Assembly (NCBI GenBank): GCA_964016885.1 | Contig: OZ024741.1 | Coordinates: 100,626,001-100,690,000 of the forward strand | Source of the DNA: Eledone cirrhosa | Taxonomy: Eukaryota | Length of the DNA stretch: 64,000 nucleotides | Direction of reading: 5' to 3' | Part shown: positions 12,316 to 27,153 of the stretch, piece after piece | Layout: every line of letters begins with the position of its first letter | How positions within the stretch are numbered: position 1 is the first letter of the stretch | The notes under the pieces: generated by a model | Database searches by the model: none | What the model was told of the DNA's origin: nothing | The model's input: only the letters and a program-made list of their open reading frames with translations | Made by a program: the position numbers and the translations under genes

Positions 12316-12358
<43 letters not shown>

Positions 12359-12545
12359 ATATGTATGTATGTATGTATATATATATATATATATGTATTT
12401 ATATATATATATATGTATTTATATATATATATATGTATTTATATATATATATATGTATTTATATATATATATATGTATGTATGTATATATGTATGTATAT
12501 ATATATATGTATTTATATATATGTATTTATATATATATATGTATG

Positions 12546-12613
<68 letters not shown>

Positions 12614-12624
12614 TATGTATGTAT

Positions 12625-12665
<41 letters not shown>

Positions 12666-13323
12666 TATGTATGTATATATATATATGTGTATATATATAT
12701 ATGTATATATATATGTATGTATATATATATGTGTATATATATATATGTATATATATGTATGTATATATATATGTGTATATATATATATATATGTATGTAT
12801 ATATATATGTGTATATATATATATATATGTATGTATATATATATGTATGTATATATATATGTATGTATATATATATGTATGTGTATATATATATGTATGT
12901 ATATATATATGTATGTATAAATATATATATGTATGTATATATATATGTATGTATATATATATATATGTATGTATATATATATATATGTATGTATATATAT
13001 ATGTATGTATATATATATGTATGTATATATATATATATGTATGTATATATATATATATGTATGTATATATATATGTATGTATATATATATGTATGTATAT
13101 ATATATATATGTATGTATATATATATATATGTATGTATATATATATGTATGTATATATATATGTATGTATATATATATGTATGTATATATATATATATAT
13201 GTATATATAAATATATATATATATATTATATATATATATATGTACTCATGCATATATATATATATGTATATATAAATATATATATATATATTATATATAT
13301 ATATATGTACTCATGCATATATA

Positions 13324-13363
<40 letters not shown>

Positions 13364-13384
13364 TATATATATATGTACTCATGC

Positions 13385-13417
<33 letters not shown>

Positions 13418-13708
13418 ATATATGTACTCATGCATATATATATATATGTACTCATGCATACATACATATATATATATATGCATTTATGTCTGTGTATGTG
13501 TAAAGGAAACACAATGGCTACAGCTGCTTTCATCTCCCCCCCCCTACCTCTCTCTCACTCATTCTCTCTCTCACATAACCATTTCCTTTCATTACATTAT
13601 CACTGATCTCTTTGTCCTCCCTCATAATATCACTGTAACATTGCATGCCATCACTAATATCAGTTCCTGCCATACTTTCACTCATGTGTCTATCATTACG
13701 TGTGTGTG

Positions 13709-13741
<33 letters not shown>

Positions 13742-13805
13742 CATCACCACCACCACCGTTTAACGTCCATTTTTCCACGTTGGCATGGGTTAGATGAGGT
13801 GTATG

Positions 13806-13865
<60 letters not shown>

Positions 13866-13912
13866 TGTATGTATGTGTATGTATATATGTATATATATAT
13901 GTATGATATATA

Positions 13913-13956
<44 letters not shown>

Positions 13957-13986
13957 ATGATATATGTGTGTGTATATATGTGTATA

Positions 13987-14057
<71 letters not shown>

Positions 14058-14092
14058 ATGTATATATACATATATATACACACACACACACA
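11768..14092. repeat. ~2.3-kb compound (TA)n/(TATG)n/(TG)n microsatellite field, with a unique gap near 13490-13700
   Basis: Direct reading; source of the YI/YM pseudo-ORFs. Confidence 0.95.
13741..13800 (-). mobile_element. ~60-nt RTE/SINE terminal fragment inside (TA)n; similar fragments at 1115-1170, 1403-1445, 39250-39291, 42460-42500, 63160-63205
   Basis: cgtttaacgtccatttttccacgttggcatgggttaga matches the RTE 3' terminus. Confidence 0.75.
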
Positions 14093-14384
14093 TCAATGTT
14101 TAACATAACATGCAATCAATTCTAACTATTTATCAATACAGATAACATCAGTACACAATTTTTTTTAAAAAGCAACAACATGCAATGTTAAGTATGTGTA
14201 TGAAATTATTCATATCAGCGTATCATATCATAAAATCTTTGGTATCTGCTTCATCATTATCCATATCAAGATATTATATCATATATCATAACTATCATTA
14301 ATATATGTTTATCATTATTGATATCAATCAGGTTGTTGTAGTCTACCAGCCTTGATATCAATTTTTCTATGGTGTCAACATCTG

Positions 14385-14665
14385 TGAAGGCACGTGGCCT
14401 AGTGGTAAGGGTGTTGGACTCGTGATCATAATGTTGTGGGTTCGATTCCTGGGCTGGGTTGCGTGATGTGTTCTTGAGCAAAACATTTCATTTTACGTTG
14501 CTCTAGTATACTCAGCTGTAAATGAGTACCAGCAATATCTGGAGGTTTAACCCTGCGTTGGAATACCGTCCTGTCCAGGTGTAAGACTTGTACTTCCAGT
14601 CGTTTCACACCATGAAACCGGGATAAGCACCGGCTAAAGAAGCCTTCTGGTTTAAGACAGACTTT
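14385..14665 (+). mobile_element. tRNA-derived SINE family B; copies at 14680-14795+, 20480-20757-, 47355-47455+
   Basis: tggcctagtggtaagg (A box), gggttcgattcc (B box), then cttgagcaaaacatttcatttt...ctcagctgtaaatgagtacc. Confidence 0.8.
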
Positions 14666-15134
14666 AGATCAACATCTGTGATGTTGTGTGGCCTAATAGT
14701 TAGTGTGTTGGACTCACAATCATAAGTTTGTGGGTTCAATTTCCGGACTAGGCTGCTCATTGTGTTCCTAAGCCTGACACTTCATTTCATGTTGCTTTTT
14801 TTATGATAGGTGTGATCTCTATCATTAAAACTCCCCCAGAAACCTACTATGAGATGCAACTACGTGGGAGGCCACATAGTTGTGTATGAGCTGTAAATTT
14901 CTTCATTTTTTTTTTTCAACAGTATTGGTGTTGATTGTGTTTTCATTAATATTGGTGTTTTATGGCCTTATATCACCTATGATCATACCTTCTTTAATAT
15001 CCATATCAGCCAACATACCATAACATAACCATCATTGATATCTTTGTTTATCATTATTGATATCAAGTTATAACAGTGTACTATACCTGATATCAATTGA
15101 TCTGTAGAATCCTCAACATCAGTGTTGATGATAC

Positions 15135-15401
15135 TTAACCCTTTAGCATTTGCATTACTCTATATTTACTATTGTATTTTTGCAGTAAAGGCTTTGCCTC
15201 ACATAATTATCTCACATAATTATCTCACATAATTATCTCACATAATTATCTCACATAATATCGAATCTATGAGATTTTGGTGTTATTTATTTTGAGAACA
15301 ATATCTTAACATAAGTATGAGTGGCAGGTTACTGCTGGTTTGAGCAGAAAAGGTGAGAGAATTCTGGTCAGATATGGCCAGTTTAAATGCTAAAGGGTTA
15401 A
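15135..15401 (+). mobile_element. piggyBac-type MITE family A (TTAA TSD, TIR ccctttagcattt), with an internal 13-bp unit repeated 4 times
   Basis: ttaa-ccctttagcattt...aaatgctaaaggg-ttaa; partial copy at ~1175-1305. Confidence 0.85.
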
Positions 15402-16664
15402 AATGATATTACTACATAATGCCTTTTCATCACATATGGTCAAATTATCGCATACAATTGTGTATTATCAATCTCTGCTATGCTTTCTTTGATACTGGTT
15501 TTATTAGTACAATCTGTTGTTAAATACTGCTCTATCCCAGCATGTTCTTATTGCTATCATTTCATTCTGTTATTGTTTATATTCATTTGTTATCATTAGT
15601 ATTGGCTATAATATCACCTTTATTATCCAGTTTTAATTCATGATTTTGTGTTTTGTTTTTATTTGTCATATAGTTATCATTCTGTCACTGTTATCATTCT
15701 GTCACTGTTATCATACCATATAGAAGCTTCAGATTGTTTCTGCTTTTCTATTCATATTAATAAGATTTCTCCTACTCCTTACAGGATTATGGTTGCTTGC
15801 TAAACAAAATCTAATAATAGGCAGTGGGTTGGCAGTATTGGTAGAGCATTGGACAATATTCTCTGTGGCATATTGTCACAGCCCTTTATGTTCTGAGTTC
15901 AAATACCACCGAAGTTAGCTTTGCCTTTCATCCTTACTGGGTCAATAAAATAAAGTACCAGTAACACTGACTCTCCTCTTTTCAAAAAAATTGTCATCCT
16001 TGTGCCTAAATCACAAACCCTTGGTATTATTATTAGATTTATGGTAGTGGATTATCAGTATCAATAGATTGTCGGACAAAATGATTTGTGGTATTTAGTT
16101 ACGACTTTCTGCGTTCTAATCCTACCAAGGTCGACTTTACCTTTCATCCTTCCGAGGTTGATTAAATAAAGTACCAGTTAAGTACTGGAGTTGATATAAT
16201 CGACTTTCCCCTTCTCCCAAATTGCTGGATATGTGCCAGTGTTAGAAAGAATTATTAGATTTATCATTTATCAGTATCAGTTCTAAAATATTCTCGCTAC
16301 CACCACCACATCATCATCATCGTCATCGTCATCATCAGTATTGAGAAATGTGTTGTCATGAAGATTCTATTACTATGATACTAATTTCTCAGTTTCACTT
16401 AGCAATCATACACCTGCTGTTATCACTATGATTGTATGACCAATGTATCAACATAATACATAAATGTATGTGTATGTATATATTACATTTATATATGTGT
16501 GTGTGTGTATCTTTATAAGAATGCTTGTAGGGATGGTTAGCATATAAAGGAAAAGCACCAATCAGTTTTTTTTTTTTTTTGCATTACTCATACTTTTCAT
16601 TGTCAGTTTCCTTTAATAATTACATTTCTCTTTACATGTGTGTGAGTGTATATATACACACACA

Positions 16665-16713
<49 letters not shown>

Positions 16714-18785
16714 TATTTAAGTTTCATATTTTATGTTGCTGCTTTTTTTTATAACTACTGAGTGGGGGGGTCTTTAACTTTTTTATTTATTTATTCATTT
16801 ATTTATTTTTTTGCTGCTGTTGACTTCCAATAATTTCTATTCCGTAATTGAACAGAAAATTGATTGTTTTTAACAATAATGATATTGTTTCTTTAAAAAA
16901 AAAAAAATTCATAGTAAAATTCACATGTGAATTTTCTTTCATGCTCTGCTACCATAACTATGTTCTGTGACTGTTACTGTATTTTTCAAAATATATTGCT
17001 TAACTATCAGTTTGTTGGCAGAGTCTCTCATCTGTCTCAATGGCACGATTCTTCATCCAGAATGAAAATGTCAGCATAATAGGGGTCTTACGAACAGTAG
17101 AAATGTTGAGATTGTTTTTAATTCACAGCTTTCTGTATGAATAGACTAGAATTACACGGCTATGATTAAAAATATATAATAGTAATAAAAATTATTATTA
17201 TGTTTATTATTTCTTTCCATAAATCATTTCATTATCATTGCTGAACGCATCTGTTATCATTACTACAGCTACTACTACCACTACAACTATCACTACTAGA
17301 CAATTAGAGACAATAAACAACAATATTCTTATTCGTTATAATGTCAAAAAGCTATTGATTATAGAAAGCAATTATTCTTTCTTCTTTTTTTTTTTTATTA
17401 GAGCCTAGCATGGGAGTAAATTGGCAAAAGTAATAAAAATATTGAAATCATTGCTGTGCATTACTTAGTTTTGATTCTGAGTTCAAATTATGTGTCAAAG
17501 TTGATTTCGATTTCATCATTTTTGCAGGTTAATAAGTTAATACTTAACATCCTGCAATGGTTTAACAGAAAATGCCTAAATATTTGGTTGGCTAATTCAG
17601 ATTGCTGTGAACATTTACAGAATTAACAAAAGACTTCAAATATTAATGTTATGCAGTCATAATGCAATTTGGTACTTTTCAAGAATGTTTTGTTCATATA
17701 GTACCTTGTGATAAAGGGCATTGAGCTTAGTAGCGATCGTTACCTTCAGCAATAATTCTTCCTGTACTAAGGAAACTTTGTGGCTTCAGAAATCAGCTAA
17801 TAAAAATGATTTCACAAGATTAAAATGAAAAGGAGTTAAAGACTGGTCATTGCTTTGATATAGTGACCAACAATGAAAGAGACCAATTCACTGCCAATAC
17901 ATAAAGCTCTGTTAACTATTTCAAAGATGCATAATCTTAAAGCATTCCAGTACTACTACAGTGGTATATAGTATAGGGAAATTGATAAAACAGGTGAATC
18001 CATGAAGAATAGTCGCTAACTGTTAGAACATAGAGGCACAAGGACTGTCAGATTAGGGGTGCTGATCTACTGACCTCAGTTCATCTGACTGATCCAGAAA
18101 AACTGGCTCCACTCACAATATCATAGCTTAGTGATTAGCTATAGCAAGTAAATCCATCAGTAAAGACAATTTTCATTGTCACATAACTCATCCCATCCAT
18201 GTAAAGATGAAAATGGATATACTTCTTAATAAAATGCTCTACCACGTTATTACTGTAAAAAAAGAGGTTATTTCTGTAAAAATATTCCCTCTAATTATTC
18301 ATGATAAATAAATAGTTGGTTGTATGGCTAATGCAGTATGGTATGCTTTTATTGATGAGTATTCCAGTATACCTTTTGTACTAGCATGTAAGTGGCCAAA
18401 TATTCCACACACATGTAACATAATACTGAAGCAGACTAAACATGACACAGGTACCATCTCTTGAGTCTTACTTATTTCATACATGGTTTGAGGTTCACTC
18501 CTTACTACAAGAACCATTGTCTTGTGATCTTCAGACATGTATATAACCCTGCATGCACAGGTTAACCTAATTAATGTCTAACAACATGATAATAGATTTT
18601 GTAAGCAGACTAAGTATATAACAAGTTATATTGGGTCAAGTTATTATGGATGAGTGATAGATAACATGTTAAGGTTCATAAAATGGCAAATTCTTCAATT
18701 TGTTGGTATAATGGAATAAATACTGCAGCTTTTAATGTTCTTACAATTTTAGATTTGACCACACACACACACATACACATATGTA

Positions 18786-18833
<48 letters not shown>

Positions 18834-20780
18834 TTTATTAAAATAACAGATTAAAGTTTAAGCATAGAATCGCTGCTTTCACCCTTAACGGGATCTTCTG
18901 AAACTAACAAAGTCAATCTGGATTTTAGTCTTCAAATTTATTATTATTACTATATATATATATATATATATATATGTATAATATAATATAATATAATATG
19001 TGTGTATTTCTTAACTGGATGGGATGGGTAGGAAGAATTTATCTGCTTTGAAAGGAAATAGATAAACCAACTCTAATAGGCTTAGCAGTGGTAGGTGGTA
19101 CCCGCATGTCTTCTATTGCTGCCATTTTCATTCTTTGATGGAGATCTTTGCTGTTGCTAGCCAGTGTCAAAAAGAAATGTCATCAGAAAATGTTAAATTC
19201 TTCTTCATCCAAACTGTATTTCTTATGTTGTTGACACTATGGGGGAAAGTCTGTTAGTGGGCCGCGAAGGTAATACATACACTCTTTCTGTCTCTATCTA
19301 TCTGTCTGTCTGTCTGTCTGTCTGTCTGTCCTGTCTGGCTCCTCTATCACTGCTCACCACTGCCGCTACCACCACCACCACTACCCTGTTTTCTTACTAC
19401 CACCTTTGCTATGAACACAATTGCCCTGGTTGTTTGTTGTCTTACCCCCTTCCCAATCATCACCTCTGCCTAAAGTTGTTGTTTTCTTCATCTTTTTTTT
19501 TGTTTTCTGCTGCTGCTTAGGTGTTTTTTTTTTTGGTTTTTTTTTCTCAGATCAAGAAAAAAATTTGACAAACATAATAATAATAATAATAATAATTATA
19601 ATAATAATAATATTATGCTTCTTTCATTTACTTTGTGTGTATATGTGTGTGTGTGTGCACTTGCATCTGTGATATATGTGTGTGTGCATGTCTATATATA
19701 TATATATTTGTGTGAATAGGAAACAGCTTTGCTTTCAAACATGTTATTTTAAAGACATGACTGTTTTCAAGTTTGATCTTTTCTATTAAGTATTTTTCTT
19801 ATTAGTCCTTTGTTTATCTTAGATCATTAGCATTCCTAAATCCATTATGTCTGTTAATGTTTCAAGACCTTATCAGCCTCATCATCAGAAAGAAATGATG
19901 TTAGTAGTGGCATGTGTTGTTCATGCATTTCATGATAGCTTGCAAAGATTCATGCAAATACTTGTAAAATCAATGCTGGATTTTTAAAAAAAATTATTCA
20001 CTTGTTAAATCCTGGTAAATTTTCATAGATAATTAATTTCATGTCAACTCTATCAGAATGTTGATTTATGGTTAGTGCTTTGCTATTAGTAAGCTTTCAT
20101 AGGACAGACTAATGGATTTAGAAATGGTTTTATTCCAAAATAAACATAAGGACTAACTTAAACAGTCATGTCGTTTTATGTATGTGTGTGCGTGTATATA
20201 TATATATACACACACACAAAATAAACATAAGGACTAAGTTAAACAGTCATGACTATATATATATATATATATACACACACACAACTATTTAAGTACATAT
20301 CTAATATGATGGTTTTCAATTCGCTATCAATTGTGACCAATTTTTACGCTCCCTGCCTCTTTCTATTTGAAACATAGTGTCTCTCTGTTATGCACTCATA
20401 AGATGATGAAAGCATACCAATATGGCATAGATAGATAGATACATATATATACAAGCATATATTAAGTAAAAGTCTGTTTTGAGCCCAGAGGCTCATCATG
20501 TCAGAACTTATCCCAGTTTGATTGGTGTTAAGTGACTATGAGTACAATATTCTGCCTTGGACAAGGTAGCACTCTATTACCAATTTAACACCCAGTTGCT
20601 GCTGTTGTTGGTATTCATTTCTTGCAGCTGAATGGACTGGAGCAGTGTAAAAAGAAGTTTCATGCTCAAAGAGACAATCTGCTCTACCTTTTGGGAATTG
20701 AACCAATGACCTTATGATCATGAGTCTAAGTTTCTAACCAGGAGACCACACACTTCACAACATAGAAAGACAGAAATAGC

Positions 20781-20984
20781 TTAACCCTTTAGTATTTACA
20801 TTACCTTATATTTACTATGTATTTTCACGGTAAATGCTTTATCTTACATAATTATCTCATATAATATCGAATCTATGAGATTTTGATATTTTTTATTTTG
20901 AGAACATTACCTTAACATAAGTATGAGCAGCTGGTTACGGCCAATTCTGGCTGGATACAGCCAGTTTAAATGCTAAAAGGTTAA
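20781..20984 (+). mobile_element. piggyBac-type MITE family A
   Basis: Same TIRs, TTAA and body as 15135-15401. Confidence 0.85.
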
Positions 20985-21079
20985 AGTGGTTGGCACAAGA
21001 AAAATAAGTCCAAGTTATACATACACATGGTCAAAGTATGTTAATTTTAACATAATATTTATAACCATTTCTAATATAA

Positions 21080-21470
21080 ATGTGTGTATGTGTGTATATA
21101 TATATATATATAATTTGTGTGTATATGTATATATGTATGTGTATGTGTGTATATGTATGTGTATATATATGTATGTGTATATATATGTATGTGTATATAT
21201 ATCTATGTGTATATATATCTGTGTGTATATATATATGTGTGTGTATATGTATATATATATGTGTGTGTGTATATATATATGTATGTGTGTGTGTATATGT
21301 ATATATATGTATGTGTACATATATATATATATGTATAGATGTATATGTATGTATACATATATATATAGAGATGTATATATATATATAGAGATGTATATAT
21401 ATGTATAGATGTATATGTATGTATACATATATATATGTGTATATGAATATTTGTGTGTGTGGATGTGTGT
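21080..21470. repeat. Compound (TG)/(TA) microsatellite
   Basis: Direct reading. Confidence 0.9.
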
Positions 21471-21847
21471 ATAGTGAGTGGTTTTTGTCCTGTGTTTCTG
21501 CTTCCTTAAAACTATTTGAGTGACTTACAGTGCTGTGCAGCCTTGTTTCTATGGAACTCTTTTAGTTGCGGCATGGTTTTGGCCTTCTTTGACAAAAAAT
21601 GCTTTTATTATCATGATTATTATTATTATTAATTCCATTGTTATTATTATTGTCATTATTTTGGCAGAATCTTTAGAGTGTCAGACAAAATACTTTACAG
21701 TATTTAGTTATGACATTCTATGTGCTGAAGTCAACTTTGCCTTTCATCCTTCCTTTCATTAATTGATTTTCCTTAATTAAAATAAGTGGATTTATAACTC
21801 CTTTTCCAAAATCATCTCCTGACTATACTATTACTCCACCTTTCTCT

Positions 21848-21911
<64 letters not shown>

Positions 21912-24900
21912 TTATTTTAGAAATTTCTAAATAAATTTTAAAATAAAACAATTAGCGAGGGTGATAAGATCCTAAAATCTTTATTTGAACTAGTAAAAGC
22001 ATATATAGATAGTCACAGGGCTCTCACATGCATTGTAAATGCTTTTGTAAGTTCCAGTAAATTTTGCTGTAAACATAAAGTACATTAGAACAGACTGATG
22101 TGGATTGCTAGATGTGATTTTCTATAGCCACTGTCAAGCTGTCTGTCTTTTTATTTAGTCATTTTAATTTTCATGTAAATTTTAAACAACCTATCAAGCC
22201 ATTTTTCCTCAAAGATATATATACATAATCTAATCAAGGAGTCTCTACAACGTGGCTCAACAAACTAAAAATAGCAGCTGAATTCTTATCAAACCAGACC
22301 CACCTTTCTGTCTTAATCCTTCCATTATCATTTGTAATGTAAAATATTACCTATGATATTCAAACAATTTTGAAAATATTCAATAATTTGTCGGAGTGAT
22401 TTAGTTAAATAACTTTCTCATCATATCTCGAGTGTTTGAAACATGACTTAAATATTTTTACAAAAAATTGTGATGGAAGGTTTTTAGATAAATATATATA
22501 CTTTGTATTATAGATCAAATTGAGGGGATTTGGTATCAAAAGGATTAAAAATAGTACAAAACATTAAACAATGTAGTCCTGGATACATTGTCTGGAAATT
22601 AGATTAGATTGTCATGGCTGGAATGCTTTGATCCTATATGTATGTGTCTGCTTAATTTAAAAATTGACCTGGCGCAAAGCACCACTATCACACACACATG
22701 AATATGTTCCTGCCAAAGATTCAATGGAAGCAAGATTCAGGAGGAGAAAACTTTCCAGGATTGTGTGGCGTCTTTGACGACAGCTCTTAGTGGCTGCAGC
22801 ATGCTGCATGGATTACAGATGCTTTCCATTGGAGATATTTTTGCACTTTTTCTTTGAATATGTGCAATGTGTGGAGGTTATTGAATAGGTCTACATGTTT
22901 TATTTTTATTTTATTTATATATTTTTTTGTTTATTTTTTTTTTTCATTTATCATTATTGCTATTACTATTTGTTGTTAAGTATTATTATCGTTATTATTA
23001 TTACTACTCCTACTATTATTATTATTATTTATCTTTTGCTGTAGAAATTCTTATTGTTAAAGTTATCAACGTTATCTGTTATTTATTGGTTTATTGATTT
23101 ATTTATCTATTTATATTTTCTCTCTTCCTTCTTTTCTTCAGTTGAAGCTCTAAAGTTTTCTTCTTACTGCTAATGCTTCACATTCCTTCTTACAGATATT
23201 TTTCTTTCTGTAAAATTGTTCCTCATTGATAAAGACAACTTTCTTTTGTTTCCACTTTTATGGCATTACGAAATATTTTTTTTATTATTATTCTTTTAGT
23301 TTCTTTTTTTTTTTTTTCAATTTTAAATACTATTTAAAGCTTCCAGATTCTTCCATAAAAATAAAAAATAGGAAGAAATAAATTAATAAGGACAACAACA
23401 ACAACAACAATAATAATAATGATAATAATTCTTGCATTAAATTTGTTTTTATATATATAGTATTCTTAAGCAAATGATGTATTTATTCCAAACAACACAT
23501 CTAGATTATAGGAAATTACAGTGAGTAGATGCAGGGAGAAGAACCAGACAGAAATTCATAAAATAGCTGATCTTGAAAAATGCACTGAAACAATCATGGC
23601 AGTCACTGTAAATATTGTTTGAAACAAGGGGGTTAGTTAGATTAACCAAAATAAATACTTAAAATTATATATATATGAGAAACATTTTTTTTAGTTAATG
23701 TTTTATGGTTGGATGTCTTTCATGGCACCAACCCATGCAGTTAGCTCTTATGACAAACAGGGAAATGGTGTACCAATCCACATATAGTATAATACTACTC
23801 AATAACCTTATACCTAATGTAAATATTGAGGCAGAATCAGCATGATACCATGTTTGTTAAACAAGGCTGAAACATTGAATTACACAGTGGAAATGAACCT
23901 GGGTACTCATTGCAAAGCTAACTATTTAATATTTCAGCCAATCTATATCCACATAATTCTAAACATAGAAGACATTGTACAAAGAAATAAGTACTCAGTT
24001 TTTGATACTCAATAGATTTGCTTCCTCCAATATTTATATCTAGATTTAGTTTTCCCCCCATTACATGTGTATTTATTGTGTTAATAGTTTTAGTTTACAT
24101 CAAAATATTAATTACTTGTCTAATCACTACAAATTATGTTGTCATAAAATGGCATCTGATGGCAAAAAAGGTAGAATACTAAAGGAAAACAAAGAAATTA
24201 CTTTGCAGTACTTAGTTTCATCTCACTACATTCCATGTTCAAATTCCATCAAGAATGATTTGAGATTGATTGTTTGATGTTACATTATATCCATGGCCAA
24301 AACACCTTACTTTCCAAGCTGAAGTTCATTTGGCTAAAATTGAAGAGTGATGTTTTGGCTTCCAATACCATGTTTAATTCTTACCATTTTTCTGCTTTTG
24401 ACTGACCAGTCACCAACAGTTTTTCCCATGGAAGGAATTTGAGCTCAGTATTGGAAAGCAACACCAACTTCTCTTCAAGTCTAGCTATGTGGACTCAGAC
24501 ATTAAAAGTTTTATCCAATGAGGAGTTGGCTCATATTAACTTATTGCTATAGAAACCAGAGATAAACACAAATTCTTATGGATAGGTCATTGTGATTTTG
24601 GAAAGGATCACATGTAGTTAGTTAACTAGAAAGAAAACTTAAAAGTCTTTGCTGAAGAATAGAGTTTAAAGCAATATATGAACCTGTGACTCATATATTG
24701 TGGATCTCAGATGCCTGATGAAGTACTCAAACCACATAGATTCAAGCAATGCAAATACCCTCTTTCTCAAAATATCATCTTTTCTTCTCTACTGCTATGC
24801 CAATATAGTTTAAGTTCTTGCTTTTCTCAAAATATCATCTTTACTTATCTATTGCTATGTCAATATAGTTCTTGCTTCCGGCTAACTATCAGAGTTTGCT

Positions 24901-26316
24901 TATTCTAGTTACCATAACTTTTTTTCTTGCTTCACTGCATTTCTATCTTGCTATAGTTTATTTATTTCTTCTACTTCATTATACATCTTAGGTGCCATAC
25001 TTGACAAATCATACATTCCCTGAGGCCATATCATCTAAGAACTCATCCTTTCAGCTACCTCCTTGAAGCAAAGTTTTTCTTAATCAATATTTCTTGTATG
25101 ATTCAGTATTTCCATAGTTGTGGCCTGTTTAACATCCATCCTGTCATTTCAGACAGTAGCCTGTCCTCGGGGTCTCTGAGGGGAATTTTATCAGGGGTAA
25201 TACAAAGTTTCTTTTGGACCCCCTTTAAAATATAAATACTAGTCTTCAATATATGTAAACATTTTGTGAGATCCCAAGAAATCCCCAAGTACAATGTACC
25301 CCCCAGCACCTTGCCTATCCATTTCAAGTTTTAGTTGCCTGCTCTCCATCTTGAGATTGTGATCTGTCTATTCTCCTTTTACAGATTATAATGCTCACTA
25401 ACTGGTTTCGAATTTCTCTCTGTTTGTGTGATGGATTAAATGTGTAGGGTATTTGCCACTTCATAATATCTGTATTACAAATGTATGTTTGGTGTCTGTG
25501 ATGGGTCCAAATTTCCACTAAACATCCCTTGTTGTTAAGAACAGAAGCTTTCTTCTATCAACAAGTGGTGTGGCATAGGATCCCAGAACCTTTCCAACAT
25601 CTCAGCTCTTAACAGTAGGACTTTTACCTTTCACATCACACATGGAGTTTACAAAATAATAGCTAGGAGTCTTTTGTTTCAATCATCACTAAGGTAGGCA
25701 TTATCTCCAGCCATAGAGAGATGCTACTGTTGTTTGGACCTCTTTGAAATCATCATCACCATCATCTTCATCATCATCATCATCATTGTCATCATCATCA
25801 TAATGCCAATTGTTATGATCATAATACTACCAATTATGAAACATAAGGAACATTTTAAAAAAAATAAATGAGTTATGGGAAGAGGGTAAAGATAAATGTT
25901 ACAAACTTCTGGAAAATACTAATAACAGCCCTAAATATCTACTTGGTAGTCATATTGAATTTTTATTTGACAATCATTTGTCCACCATAGAAAGTCTTAA
26001 CCTGCAAGTTAGCTACAATCTTCACTATGAATCACCTTATTTTTCTTTTTGTTGTTTTTGTTGTGGTGATTGTGATTGTTGTTTGTAATTTTGGTATTAT
26101 TCTTGATATTGTTGCAGCCAAATCCTCCCATTCACTTAATCCTGCTCATTTGCATTTAACAAGTAAATGTAGTCCAAGAATGGTGTCAATCCAGTAACTC
26201 ACACTTAAACACAAAGAAGATATGGATTTAAAGAATAGAAATAAAAAATGAAATGAGCTAGAAATTATATTTAACCTTTTCTTATGTGAATTACTAAGTA
26301 GCAATGGAAGGAAACC

Positions 26317-26376
<60 letters not shown>

Positions 26377-26436
26377 GTATCTGTATGTGGTTGACGGCTG
26401 AGTGAAAAGAGTACTCAATAGCGAAATAGAGTTTAA

Positions 26437-26566
26437 ATATTCATTTTATTAAGGTTAAATAGTGAGTCTTGTTACTCTGGCATTTCCCCCTGATGGTGAC
26501 CCTGTGATAAACAGGCGAAACTCTAAAGTAACAAGACTCACTATTTAGCCTTAATGAAATGAATAT
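26437..26566. repeat. Fold-back palindrome (Penelope-like terminus)
   Basis: atattcattttattaaggttaaatagtgagtcttgttact vs agtaacaagactcactatttagccttaatgaaatgaatat. Confidence 0.8.
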
Positions 26567-26924
26567 ATATATACACACATTATATACTATATGTATACTA
26601 ATCATTGTTTTATTTTAAAATGTCAATAATCCATATTTTTTTCTTTTTATATTTTGCTCAATACTAGTGTTTGTTTGAATGTTTGTAAGTGTTTTTTGTT
26701 GTTGTTGTTATTGGTCTAATTGCAATAACCTCCAAAGCTTGGTAGATTTTTTTTTTGTGTGGTATGATTTATTCACCTCCACCCCTTTTTTAATGTGTCT
26801 TTGTTTTTTTTTTCGTGTTTTTTGTGTCTGTTTCTATGTTTGCCTGTTTACTGCATGTTATAGGTGATACGTCATCATTAATACGTGGTCCCTCATAAGT
26901 GTATGTTTTCCTTCCGTGACCCAG

Positions 26925-27153
26925 CAGACGATTCCCACCCCTCAACCCCAACACTGACCCACTCACCAACCATCCCTCTAGGCCTGCAGAACATGAACTC
27001 TGAAAGCTTGCCATCCGCACCAGTCGACCTGCATGAAGTGATCCGCGCCCCAAGCTTTGTTACGCTGTCATGGAAACCACCTACCCATGCAGGACCAAAG
27101 GACGCTGAAATCATCAGTTACTCTGTCTTCTGGAAAGAAAAGAAACGTGAAAG
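26925..27153 (+). CDS. DCC/NEO1: DCC/Neogenin exon, Ig4-FN1 linker plus FN1 N-half (...LPSAPVDLHEVIRAPSFVTLSWKPP...YSVFWKEKKRE)
   Basis: LPSAP/LSWKPP FN3 start; donor gtttgt at 27154 (phase 2); start is ambiguous: 26925, 26928 or 26982, all phase 1. Confidence 0.88.

Noticed and set aside
11844-14115. Long ORFs of up to 442 aa rich in Y/I/M/C/V (also 2834-3391, 8533-9260, 20986-21428, 63298-63636)
   Set aside because: Translations of TA/TG/TATG microsatellites that lack stops by composition
14385-14460. Possible tRNA gene
   Set aside because: A/B boxes run into a SINE body present in several decayed copies; no convincing acceptor stem
20136-20251. Short direct duplications (also 24764-24875, 44947-45062)
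   Set aside because: Ordinary local slippage duplications with no further structure
23120-23215. Strong pyrimidine tracts and AGs as hidden microexons (also 19549, 17010)
   Set aside because: No frame-compatible donor found downstream
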